Below, one piece after another: positions 44,813 to 52,902 of a stretch of 64,000 nucleotides of DNA (its first letter is position 1; every line of letters starts with the position of its first letter). The stretch covers positions 44,994 through 108,993 of the forward strand of contig JAZOMG010000038.1 of assembly GCA_045653705.1 (NCBI GenBank), written 5' to 3'. The notes under the pieces are model-generated. The model ran no database searches. It was given only the letters and a program-made list of their open reading frames with translations, and was not told where the DNA came from. Position numbers and translations under genes: made by a program. This stretch comes from Eubacteriales bacterium. Its GTDB lineage: Bacteria > Bacillota > Clostridia > Oscillospirales > CAG-272.

Positions 44813-44859
44813 GGTTGCTTCATTCACAGAAACCGTGATTTTGAAGCAACCCCTTTTTT
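44813..44859. terminator. intrinsic terminator between convergent genes
   Basis: GGTTGCTTCA...TGAAGCAACC stem followed by CCTTTTTT. Confidence 0.7.
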
Positions 44860-45214
44860 ATTTATATATCCCCAATTTACGTTTTCTACGGCGGTCGAGA
44901 AATTCGTTGATCTTGAATTTTATTACAAGCTTGCTTCGTACTCTCTCGTAGAGATTATCCACCTCAGGATACGGGGGAATAGTGCTGCCGACGCGCTCGC
45001 GAAATATGCGGTTGATTCGTATCTTGTGCCGTTTGCTTGGCTTACGTTTCTCGACCTTTATATCATATTCGGGGTAACAAATCAAGAAGTAGTTGCACTC
45101 GTCGCAACAACACTCAAAGCCTTGCCATCCGTTTCCAAGGCAAACGGTAGGCTTGCCGGGCGTAAGCTCTACGCCGGTAACATCTATTACCTTTTCTTCA
45201 ATATCCTTACTCAT
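44858..45214 (-). CDS. small Cys-rich protein with basic C-terminal tail, unknown function
   Basis: AGGAGG (45219-45224), then ATG at 45212-45214. 118 aa with the cluster C-x8-CCC-x2-C-x5-C (CLGNGWQGFECCCDECNYFLIC) and a K/R-rich tail. The track ORF extension to 45295 is unlikely. Confidence 0.5.
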   Translation of the reverse strand: MSKDIEEKVIDVTGVELTPGKPTVCLGNGWQGFECCCDECNYFLICYPEYDIKVEKRKPSKRHKIRINRIFRERVGSTIPPYPEVDNLYERVRSKLVIKFKINEFLDRRRKRKLGIYK

Positions 45215-45232
45215 ATATCCTCCTATCAGCAT

Positions 45233-45263
45233 AAAAAAAGGTGCGCAACCGAAGCCACGCACC
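45233..45263 (-). terminator. strong intrinsic terminator 9 nt upstream of the small-ORF RBS
   Basis: Minus-strand RNA reads GGUGCGUGGC-UUCG-GUUGCGCACC (10 bp including 3 G-U pairs, UUCG tetraloop) followed by U7. Confidence 0.75.
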
Positions 45264-45445
45264 GAAAAACGCAAACCCCGATTGTTGTCACACAAATTTA
45301 ATCAGAAGAGAAAGCGTTTCTACATTCTAACTATGGGAATTTGCATTTTTACCAAATCCAAAAATTAGAATGCACAAAAAGGGTATAATTATCCTTTTAA
45401 CAAAAAAAGAAACAACTTTACCTCTGATTATTAAATTTGTGTGAC
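45233..45445 (-). ncRNA. candidate structured RNA / 5' leader (about 210 nt: long hairpin plus terminator)
   Basis: Bounded by a consensus promoter (45452-45480) and the U7 terminator. The 5' 20 nt pair with a copy about 140 nt downstream, and nested inner helices GUUUCU/AGAAAC and GCAUUCUAA/UUAGAAUGU lie between. No known family recognised. Confidence 0.35.
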
Positions 45446-45446
45446 A
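45286..45446. repeat. 161-bp segment bounded by inverted repeats TGTCACACAAATTTAAT(-)CAG / CTG(ATT)ATTAAATTTGTGTGACA
   Basis: 17 nt are perfect and 3 more match after a 3-nt indel. Left arm 45286-45305, right arm 45424-45446. Confidence 0.8.
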
Positions 45447-45451
45447 CACAT

Positions 45452-45480
45452 AGTATAACACAAACTCCGCAGAATATCAA
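45452..45480 (-). promoter_or_regulatory. consensus sigma-A promoter pointing into the IR-bounded segment
   Basis: On the minus strand: TTGATA, 17-nt spacer, TGT-TATACT (extended -10). Predicted TSS is about 45445, at the outer edge of the right IR. Confidence 0.55.
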
Positions 45481-45698
45481 GAGGTTTAGAAAAAAAGGTT
45501 AAATATAATAATATACCTCCCGTAAAAACAAATTTTATGCCATCATTAGTAATAAATAATGGCATATCGAAAACATAAGACGAACAACCAAAACATATTT
45601 TCCAATCGGACAGTCGAGGACGCCTGTCCCTACAAGATATGACAAAATTCCAAGCAAACGCATTTGCAGGCAAATATAAAACGCAAGCAAGTCGTTTT

Positions 45699-46511
45699 TT
45701 ACAAAAAGTACGCCCTGAAGCTCTCTATTATCTTTTTTTCCTCCCTTGACACCTTAACTTGGGTTATGCCGAGAAGCTGGGCGGTCTGCTGTTGGGTCAT
45801 ATTTCGGTAGTAGCGAAGTATTATTATCTTCTGCCACTGCTCGGGCATTTTCGACATCGCCTGAGCTATGGCTATTTTATCCGCTAACCTTTCCATCTCG
45901 GAGCTACTTTCCTCGTCGGGTATGACCGCCGACAGCTCTACGCTGTCCTCGTCTCCGTAAGCGCTGTCGGACAGCGAAACGATAGGCGACATAGCTTCCA
46001 TTGCCATCGCCGCCTCCTCGGGACTTACCGAGCATATCTCGGCAAGCTCGCCTATGGTTGGGTCTCTTCCCTCTTCGGCAACTATGCGGTTTTTAGCGTT
46101 TACGAGAGCCGCGCCGAGACGCTTATAATATCTTCCCACCTTTATAGGTCCCTCGTCTCGCATATATCTGCGAAGCTCCCCGAATATCAAGGGCACGGCA
46201 TAGGTAGAAAAGCAGGTGCCTCGGTCAATATCAAAGCTCCTTATGGCTTTTAGCAGACCCATAGTACCTATCTGCATAAGGTCCTCAAAATCCACGCCCC
46301 TCTCGCGAAAGCGCAGAGCTATGCTCCGCACAAGACCCGTGTTCTGCAACACAAGCTCCGCCGTCGCTCTCTCGGAGTCCGCATCGCCTCGTTGCGCTAT
46401 CTCCAGAAGCCGTATATTATCGGAATAGTCCTTACCCGACCTGCTCTCCCCGTCGGCTGTCAACGTCTTTTCAGCCGTTTGTAAAGCGTTACAGTTGTTC
46501 CCTTTTTGCAT
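45699..46511 (-). CDS. sigF: sporulation sigma factor SigF
   Basis: Sigma-70 regions 2-4 (DLMQIGTMGLLKAIRSFD, YAVPLIFGELRRY, TQQQTAQLLGITQVKVSREEKK). Third gene of the spoIIA operon. An alternative TTG start at 46463 overlaps the spoIIAB stop (TTGA). Confidence 0.85.
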   Translation of the reverse strand: MQKGNNCNALQTAEKTLTADGESRSGKDYSDNIRLLEIAQRGDADSERATAELVLQNTGLVRSIALRFRERGVDFEDLMQIGTMGLLKAIRSFDIDRGTCFSTYAVPLIFGELRRYMRDEGPIKVGRYYKRLGAALVNAKNRIVAEEGRDPTIGELAEICSVSPEEAAMAMEAMSPIVSLSDSAYGDEDSVELSAVIPDEESSSEMERLADKIAIAQAMSKMPEQWQKIIILRYYRNMTQQQTAQLLGITQVKVSREEKKIIESFRAYFL

Positions 46512-46924
46512 TTCGACGCCACCCTGACCTTATCACAAAAACTTTCCATAACGGTAAATCCCATTCCGCTTCTTTCGCCCTCGGCATCGGTGGTATAAAG
46601 GGGCTGTCTTGCCGTTCTCACGTCCTCTATTCCACAGCCCTTGTCTTTAATTATTATTTTTACAGCCCCGTCCGAATAGAGCTTTGCCGTTATGTATACA
46701 GTACCTACGGTATCTCGGTAGGCGTGGACTATGCAGTTTGTCACCGCCTCGGAGACGGCGCACTTTATGTCGGCAAGCTCACAGGATGCGGGGTCTGCTT
46801 GCGCGCAAAATGCCGCCACAGCCGCTCTTGCCATTCCCTCGTTTACCGACAGCGACGGAAGTGATAGCTTCATTTCGTTTATCTCTTTTGGCTTTTCTCT
46901 GTTTTTTACATCCTGCCTGCTCAT
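46460..46924 (-). CDS. spoIIAB: anti-sigma F factor SpoIIAB (serine kinase)
   Basis: SVNEGMARAAVAAF...IKCAVSEAVTNCIVHAY...DKGCGI...GMGF. Confidence 0.9.
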   Translation of the reverse strand: MSRQDVKNREKPKEINEMKLSLPSLSVNEGMARAAVAAFCAQADPASCELADIKCAVSEAVTNCIVHAYRDTVGTVYITAKLYSDGAVKIIIKDKGCGIEDVRTARQPLYTTDAEGERSGMGFTVMESFCDKVRVASKCKKGTTVTLYKRLKRR

Positions 46925-47259
46925 TTTATTTCCTCTCTTTTCTCAATTTTAATTATTCGCTGAAGCCCCGCAAGCTCAAATATTTTTACCACTCTGTCGT
47001 TGGGATTTTCAAGAACAAATTCTCCCCCGAGCTTTTGCATGAGAGAATATCTGCCCATAACGAAGCCCAACCCCGAGCTGTCCATAAAACCTATGCCCGA
47101 TAGGTCGATAGCCACCTTGCTCGGACGCTCGTCCATAATGAGCCTATCAAGCTCACTCCTTACCGCCACCGCGTTATGGTGATCCATTTCGCCAAAGAGA
47201 ACGACCCTAACCGTTCCCTCGCTACGCTCAATTTCATAAAAGCAATTACTTCTGTTCAT
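46921..47259 (-). CDS. spoIIAA: anti-sigma F factor antagonist SpoIIAA (STAS domain)
   Basis: 112 aa. ...IDLSGIGFMDSSGLGFV... holds the phosphorylatable Ser motif. ATGA overlap with spoIIAB. Confidence 0.9.
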   Translation of the reverse strand: MNRSNCFYEIERSEGTVRVVLFGEMDHHNAVAVRSELDRLIMDERPSKVAIDLSGIGFMDSSGLGFVMGRYSLMQKLGGEFVLENPNDRVVKIFELAGLQRIIKIEKREEIK

Positions 47260-47396
47260 TTCAACCTCCTGTTTTTGTTATCTCATTGTATCATAAAGGC
47301 AATAAAAAAATTGTCGCAAAAAAGCGACAATTTAAATGTTTTTTATAAAATTTTACTCGTCAAAAAAATGATATTTTATCTCAAAATTAAAAAATG

Positions 47397-47471
47397 AAAT
47401 AGGGCGGTGGCGCAAGCGCATTTTTGCTTACGCAAAAGCTACGAGCTTACGCTCGTGCGTCCGCCCTATTT
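47397..47471. repeat. 75-nt three-way-junction palindrome (AAATAGGGCGG...CCGCCCTATTT enclosing two hairpins)
   Basis: 11-bp outer stem with inner GCGCAAGC/GCTTACGC and ACGAGC-ttac-GCTCGT hairpins. Not tRNA-like in detail. Confidence 0.6.
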
Positions 47472-47550
47472 CTACCATAGAGAGAAATTATAAAATTTCA
47501 GCCAAGCAATGGGCGAGCCATTAAATCCTTTTTTGCAAGGTTTTCTTTGC

Positions 47551-47578
47551 GCTACTTTCTTTTTTAAAAGAAAGTAGC
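47551..47578. repeat. AT-rich perfect palindrome GCTACTTTCTTTT-TTA-AAAAGAAAGTAGC
   Basis: Read directly. Relative of 26374-26403. Confidence 0.65.
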
Positions 47579-47597
47579 AACCCCCACCCATCACAAA

Positions 47598-48578
47598 CTA
47601 ACTATACTCTCTCCTCATAATATCCGTAAGTGTCACAAACTCCCTCGGCATATCCACCTTAAAGGTCATCAGCTCGGCGTTTTGGGGGTGTGTGAGCTTC
47701 AGCTCGGTAGCGCAAAGACACTGACCCGAGATAAGCCCCTTATGCTTACCCTCAAAGGCTGTCGAGCCACCGCCGTAAAGGCTGTCTCCAAGAAGCGGAT
47801 GCCCTATATGGGACATATGCACCCGTATCTGGTGAGTTCGTCCCGTTTCAAGCTCACAGCGAAGCAGAGTATATCTTCCGAAACGCTCTATGACGCTCCA
47901 ATGGGTCACAGCGTTTCGGCTCTTTTTTTCGGCGTCGCGTATCACCGCCATCTTCTTGCGGTCGGTCGGATGTCTGCCGATAGGCGCATCCACCGTTCCG
48001 CTGTCCTCGCGGAAATTTCCGATGGCAATAGCGTAATATACACGGCTTACCTTGTGCTCCTTTATCTGCTCGGCAAGGCTTAAGTGGGCGCTGTCATTCT
48101 TTGCCACCACCAAAAGCCCCTCTGTATCCTTGTCTATCCTGTGGACTATGCCGGGACGAAGCACGCCGCCTATCCCCGAAAGGCTGTCCTTGCAGTGATA
48201 AAGCAGAGCATTTACCAGAGTGCCGCTGGGGTTTCCCGCCGCGGGATGCACTACCATTCCCTTAGGCTTGTTTACCACTATAATATGGCTGTCCTCATAA
48301 ACTATATTCAGCGGTATGTTCTCGGGTAAAGCCTCATCAGGCTCGGCTTCGGGCATTGACACGGTGAAAATATCCCCTGCCCTTACCTTGTAGTTCTTTG
48401 TAACCGCCTTTCCGCCTACCAATATATTTCCGCTCTCCATAAGCCTTACAGCCGCAGAGCGCGTAAGCTCGGTACGCTCGGCAATAAAGGCATCGGCTCT
48501 CTTGCCCACGTCGGACGAAAAAGAGGTAAGCTCTATATCAGCTCCACCGACAATTTCTCCGTCGATATATTCCGACAT
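47598..48578 (-). CDS. rluD: RluA-family 23S rRNA pseudouridine synthase (RluD-like)
   Basis: S4 domain at the N-terminus. HRIDKDTEGLLVVAK catalytic motif. TGRTHQIRVH. Confidence 0.9.
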   Translation of the reverse strand: MSEYIDGEIVGGADIELTSFSSDVGKRADAFIAERTELTRSAAVRLMESGNILVGGKAVTKNYKVRAGDIFTVSMPEAEPDEALPENIPLNIVYEDSHIIVVNKPKGMVVHPAAGNPSGTLVNALLYHCKDSLSGIGGVLRPGIVHRIDKDTEGLLVVAKNDSAHLSLAEQIKEHKVSRVYYAIAIGNFREDSGTVDAPIGRHPTDRKKMAVIRDAEKKSRNAVTHWSVIERFGRYTLLRCELETGRTHQIRVHMSHIGHPLLGDSLYGGGSTAFEGKHKGLISGQCLCATELKLTHPQNAELMTFKVDMPREFVTLTDIMRREYS

Positions 48579-48595
48579 ACGCTCACCCCCATATC

Positions 48596-49219
48596 TTATT
48601 TATTTTCCGTTGTTTCTTCGTTGTGTTCCTCGGTTTGCTCCCGAGGCTTTTCTTCGGTATTTTCAGGCGCTTCGGTCTGCCGGCTATCGGCAAGCTTCGC
48701 CGCCTTAGCCGCCTTTTCCGCGGCGCTTTCCTTTATGAGAGAAACCACGCACCAAAGGAAAAGCATAGCTCCGCCTACGCAAACGCAGGCATCGGCTACG
48801 TTGAACACCCACGGCCACAGGTCGCCAAACATACGCACGTCAATAAAATCGCGCACTACCTTTTCGCCCACCGTATCTCCCTGTATTCCCACGTAAAAGA
48901 AGCGGTCTATCATATTTCCCACGCCGCCGCCAATAATAAGGGCAAGCGCCGCACATGCGAATTTACTCTTAGGCTTCCAACCTATCATATAAACTATCAT
49001 AGCGATTATGGCGACCGACGAAAGTGTCATAAATATCCACCTTTGGTCATCCATCAGCCCAAGCGCCATTCCGTCGTTTTCAACGTAGGTAAAGTGAAGC
49101 ACGTTCGGGATAAGCACCACAGGGCTTCCAACTAAAAATTTAACGGCTAAAACCTTTGTTATCTGGTCGAGGGCAACTACCACAGCCGCCACCGCAAACC
49201 ATATCAAAGTCCAAATCAT
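48596..49219 (-). CDS. lspA: lipoprotein signal peptidase II
   Basis: DQITK, N.G.A.G, GGGVGNMIDR and FNVAD motifs. Acidic C-terminal extension. Confidence 0.9.
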   Translation of the reverse strand: MIWTLIWFAVAAVVVALDQITKVLAVKFLVGSPVVLIPNVLHFTYVENDGMALGLMDDQRWIFMTLSSVAIIAMIVYMIGWKPKSKFACAALALIIGGGVGNMIDRFFYVGIQGDTVGEKVVRDFIDVRMFGDLWPWVFNVADACVCVGGAMLFLWCVVSLIKESAAEKAAKAAKLADSRQTEAPENTEEKPREQTEEHNEETTENK

Positions 49220-49233
49220 ATATAAATTCCGTC

Positions 49234-50040
49234 CTAAACGTATTTTTCGGCTTCCAATCGATATCTGCCTTTTTTGGTCTTATCGGACAGGGCGGTCACT
49301 CTGTATCGCCCAAAGCCGCGAACAGAAACGGTCGTATCCGCCGATAGGGTACGGTCGGGACGTTCCTCGCTTTCAAAGTCAATTTCAACAAGACCCGACA
49401 CCACCGCCGCCCTCGCCCTCTCTCTTGAAAGATTGCAAAGAGCCGCCACAACGGCGTCAAGCCTCGGTGACGCGACAGTGTCGCGTATAGGCTGAGTTTT
49501 GCGGTCGGGAATTTGAATATCCCCTATGTCCGCGCGGCTCACCCTTACCTTATCGTTAGCTACCGCTACAAGCTGTGAAAAAATATACTCGGAAATCGCG
49601 CTGTCGCAAAAAACGAGGGCTTCTCTTTCTTCGTCGCCAAGCAAAACGATATCTCCGACAACGCTCCGCTCGATCCCAAGCCCTAAAAGCGAGCCTAAAA
49701 AGTCGCGGTGAGACAGCTTTCGGTATCCGCTTCCCAATATTCTGAGCGGGGCTATCCCCGTGGAATATCCGTATTCGGAAAGGACCGTATCAATATCGCC
49801 CCCGTCCTCGCAAGGCTCGGACATATAATCGGGCAGAATATACGCCCGCTGTCTTTCCGCGCGGTCATACCCGCCGAAAAAGCGGAAATCAGCCCCCTTT
49901 TGCCTCAGATATCGCTCCGCATAGGCAAGCTCTCTCGGAGACAAAAAAGCCGTTACGGCAAGCTCGCCGCCGGCTCTGCCGCACAGGTCATCAAGGCGAG
50001 CCTCTAAGGCGTTTAATTCTCGGTCATCGTTAAAGCTCAT
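49234..50040 (-). CDS. ylmH: YlmH-like S4-domain RNA-binding protein
   Basis: 268 aa. The C-terminal S4-like RLDAVVAALCNLSRERARAAVVSGLV, and its position in the ylm cluster. Confidence 0.75.
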   Translation of the reverse strand: MSFNDDRELNALEARLDDLCGRAGGELAVTAFLSPRELAYAERYLRQKGADFRFFGGYDRAERQRAYILPDYMSEPCEDGGDIDTVLSEYGYSTGIAPLRILGSGYRKLSHRDFLGSLLGLGIERSVVGDIVLLGDEEREALVFCDSAISEYIFSQLVAVANDKVRVSRADIGDIQIPDRKTQPIRDTVASPRLDAVVAALCNLSRERARAAVVSGLVEIDFESEERPDRTLSADTTVSVRGFGRYRVTALSDKTKKGRYRLEAEKYV

Positions 50041-50339
50041 TACGGTAAAAGTATGCTTATTAAAAAAAGCGTAAGATACGCGGCTGAAAACGCCACGTCA
50101 AGGGGTAGGTTCTGAAACCAGTTCAAACGGTTAAACAATGCTCGAAAAGGATATATGAACGGCTCGGTTATTGCGAACAGAAATTCGGTAAAGCCGTTTG
50201 GTTCCATAGGAAACCACGAAAGTATTGCTCTGAGCAGCATGGCAAGCTGTATAACAGACAGTACTATCTGCACAATAGTCGATATGACGTACAAAGCTTC
50301 TTCCAAAACAGTTCTCCTCTCTGTCGGACACGCCGACAT
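50040..50339 (-). CDS. yggT: YggT family membrane protein
   Basis: MLLRAILSWFP...ITEPFIYPFR motif. The true start may be internal. Confidence 0.8.
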   Translation of the reverse strand: MSACPTERRTVLEEALYVISTIVQIVLSVIQLAMLLRAILSWFPMEPNGFTEFLFAITEPFIYPFRALFNRLNWFQNLPLDVAFSAAYLTLFLISILLP

Positions 50340-50392
50340 TTCGTTTAATTACCGTCAGTTACTAAAATCTCACGAATTATAAAACCATATAA

Positions 50393-50446
50393 GGGGCTGT
50401 CACACTATCGGCGCTTTTTACAAAATCGCCTTGATGTAACAGCCCC
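50393..50446. repeat. palindromic element inside the ylm operon (GGGGCTGTCACA...TGTAACAGCCCC with an inner GGCG/CGCC hairpin)
   Basis: Read directly. Lies in the 137-nt gap between sepF and yggT. Confidence 0.6.
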
Positions 50447-50476
50447 CATATGCGGGGCTCTGCAATAGGTCGACTA

Positions 50477-50884
50477 TCAGTCGCCGCTTACCATTGCCTC
50501 GATGCTGCTTACGTCTACGTTCTTGGGAGCAATTACGATAGTGGTCTTGCTTACCTTTGTCATAAGTCCGCCTGCTACGTGAACTGCGCCGTTGAGGTAA
50601 TCGAGAAGACGGATAGCCTGATCCTTAGCTATGCTCTCGATGTTGAGAAGAATGGTGTTGCCGTTGATGAGCAGATTTGCTATCTCAATAGCGTCCTTGT
50701 ACTCCTTAGGGTTAACGATCTTAAGAGCGGGAGCTGCGGGCGCAAATGCCTCGGGCTCTGCGGGAACGGGCTGCGCGTCTGCCGCGAAGCTATCCTCAAC
50801 GGTCTCGTCAGCGTAGCCGCCGCCGAAATCGTCCTCTACGTAATCGTTGTTGTAGTTGTCGTTGTTCTTCTTGAATAATCCCAT
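50477..50884 (-). CDS. sepF: cell division protein SepF
   Basis: C-terminal SepF domain: IVNPKEYKDAIEIANLLINGNTILLNIE...DYLNGAVHVAGG. Confidence 0.9.
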   Translation of the reverse strand: MGLFKKNNDNYNNDYVEDDFGGGYADETVEDSFAADAQPVPAEPEAFAPAAPALKIVNPKEYKDAIEIANLLINGNTILLNIESIAKDQAIRLLDYLNGAVHVAGGLMTKVSKTTIVIAPKNVDVSSIEAMVSGD

Positions 50885-50924
50885 AGTGTCCTCCGTTTTT
50901 TATGTTTTAATTTTTTTATTTCTT

Positions 50925-51623
50925 TTATTTTACAAAAAGGCTTCTGCCTATTCTGACTATGTCCGACCCGCAGGCTATCGCCTCGGGGAAGCTTTCGCTC
51001 ATTCCCATAGAAATAATGGGCCTATCTATATTATGCAATTTTTTTGTCCAAATGTCAAGGACTTCGGCGTAAGTTTGTTGAAAATATTTTAAATATTCCT
51101 CTTTTTTCTCACATTTAGGCGCCATCGTCATAAATCCGCGTAAGCGAATGCTCTCAAAAGCGCCAAGCTCTAGGCAAAACCGCTCCGCGTCAGCAGGCAT
51201 TACGCCGCTCTTGCTTTCCTCTTCTCCCGAGTTTATCTCCACAAGAACGTCCATGATTTTCCCGTGCTTTTTCGCCTGTCGGTCTATCTCCGCCGCAAGC
51301 TTTAAGCTATCCAGGGAATGTATCATACACACCTTGTCGATGATATACTTGACCTTATTGGTCTGCAACGTACCGATAAAATGCCAGTTTATATTTTCTC
51401 TTTTGGGCAGAGCCTCGTAGTGCGCCAGAAGCTGTTGAACTCGGTTCTCCCCTATATCGGTAACGCCCATCTGCCCACAGAGAAAATCTATCTCCTCGGC
51501 TTCGGCGTATTTGACCGCCGCCAAAAGCATAACGCTTCCCGCCTCACGCCCCGCGGCGCTTTCCGCCTCGGCTATGCGTGCCCGTATATTTTCGGTATTT
51601 CTCCGTATATACTCAAAATCCAT
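50925..51623 (-). CDS. yggS: YggS-family pyridoxal-phosphate homeostasis protein
   Basis: LLAAVKY (PLP Lys), GENRVQ, WHFIGTLQTNK and SMGMS. Confidence 0.9.
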   Translation of the reverse strand: MDFEYIRRNTENIRARIAEAESAAGREAGSVMLLAAVKYAEAEEIDFLCGQMGVTDIGENRVQQLLAHYEALPKRENINWHFIGTLQTNKVKYIIDKVCMIHSLDSLKLAAEIDRQAKKHGKIMDVLVEINSGEEESKSGVMPADAERFCLELGAFESIRLRGFMTMAPKCEKKEEYLKYFQQTYAEVLDIWTKKLHNIDRPIISMGMSESFPEAIACGSDIVRIGRSLFVK

Positions 51624-51624
51624 T

Positions 51625-52872
51625 TTAGCCTAACACCCTTCCGTCAAACATATTTTTGCCGTTAAGTATTATCATATCGTTAGCCCGCAGGAAGGTCTGT
51701 TCCTCGGTATGCTCGGAATTGGGTTCAACAAGATAATAATCGCTTCCCTCGTAGACGATAACGATATGTCTGAAATACACCACGCTTCCCCGAAGAATGT
51801 AGACACCGCGTATTCCGTCCTCGCGGACGACTACCGATTTGGGAACGTATATTCCGCTTACCGTCTTTACGGTAAGGCTGACAGACTGACATCTGTCAAA
51901 GCTGAAGCCCTCGGGCTGCCTGTCACAGCTGAATACCAGCAATATAATGTCCTCTCCCTCTTCGGATATCATCTTTTCGAGGTAGATAGGCAGGCTTGCC
52001 TGATTGTTCTCGGCAAAGAGCGCCGAATAGGTATTGCCAACCGTAAAATGTCCTTTATCCGAGGAATTTATGGGAAGCACGATAGACCATTCACTGCTGT
52101 CGGTAAGCTTACCGTATGCGCCGTCGGGCGCTTCGGGCTCCTCCGCATACTCAAGCAGGTCGGAAAAGCTGTCTAAGGTAAGCTCTTCCAAAGCCGAGGT
52201 AGTAAAATAATCTTCACATCCGTCAACTCCCGAGAAAAAATAGCCGTTTTTATCCGCAGAGCAATCGGCTCCGCTTCCGCTTTCCGAAAATATTTCTTCT
52301 CTCAGCTCATAAAGCGTATCAAGGGTCTCTACCGCCGACGAGCTTCCGTCACCAACGATAGACGCTGCGCGGTTCATTCCCACAAGGAGCTTTTCAGCTT
52401 GATATGAAATCCCGCCCGTATCACCTGCCGAAAGCAATTTTATAAGCGCATCGTAGGTGTCCGCGTTCTGCTTTTTTACAGCCACGATATCATCGTTCTC
52501 AATAGAGCCCTCAAGGCTTTTTTCAAGAACTCGTATATGCTCGTCCAGCACTCGCACCGTGGGCTGATTTTTCTTTCCCTCGCTGTATGCCACAGCCACG
52601 GTCTGCCCCTCGCTGACCTTTGTGCCGTCAGCCACCTTATAGTCCACAACTCCGTGATTGGTTGAGGTCAGCACCGTCTCATCTCTGAAAATATATCCGT
52701 TGTAATTGAGGGTCGTCACCTCTGTGGTAACGCCTGCGGCGTAGGTTTCTATATCCTCGCTGAATACCGACGATATATGGTATACGGCATATGAAAAGAC
52801 AATAACGCAAATAACGCCTATGGCTATGCGCTGAAGAAAGCTTGACTTGCTTTTCACATCCTCACCTCTCAT
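51625..52872 (-). CDS. membrane-anchored HlyD-like (barrel-sandwich/lipoyl-like) protein
   Basis: N-terminal TM segment. VDYKVADGTKVSEGQTVAV resembles a biotinyl/lipoyl-like hybrid motif, followed by a coiled central part. Assignment is tentative. Confidence 0.4.
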   Translation of the reverse strand: MRGEDVKSKSSFLQRIAIGVICVIVFSYAVYHISSVFSEDIETYAAGVTTEVTTLNYNGYIFRDETVLTSTNHGVVDYKVADGTKVSEGQTVAVAYSEGKKNQPTVRVLDEHIRVLEKSLEGSIENDDIVAVKKQNADTYDALIKLLSAGDTGGISYQAEKLLVGMNRAASIVGDGSSSAVETLDTLYELREEIFSESGSGADCSADKNGYFFSGVDGCEDYFTTSALEELTLDSFSDLLEYAEEPEAPDGAYGKLTDSSEWSIVLPINSSDKGHFTVGNTYSALFAENNQASLPIYLEKMISEEGEDIILLVFSCDRQPEGFSFDRCQSVSLTVKTVSGIYVPKSVVVREDGIRGVYILRGSVVYFRHIVIVYEGSDYYLVEPNSEHTEEQTFLRANDMIILNGKNMFDGRVLG

Positions 52873-52902
52873 ACAAACATACTATCTTATTTTATCATAA
52901 AT

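Noticed and set aside
45306-45423. Calling the IR-flanked segment a proven invertible promoter (inverton).
   Set aside because: No invertase or recombinase gene is nearby and only one orientation is visible in a single sequence. Inversion is kept only as an alternative hypothesis within the structured-RNA finding.
45431-45673. An 80-aa minus-strand ORF in the sigF-downstream spacer.
   Set aside because: It overlaps the predicted promoter and the right inverted repeat, has no RBS, and gives an odd composition. The region is better explained as regulatory or RNA-coding.
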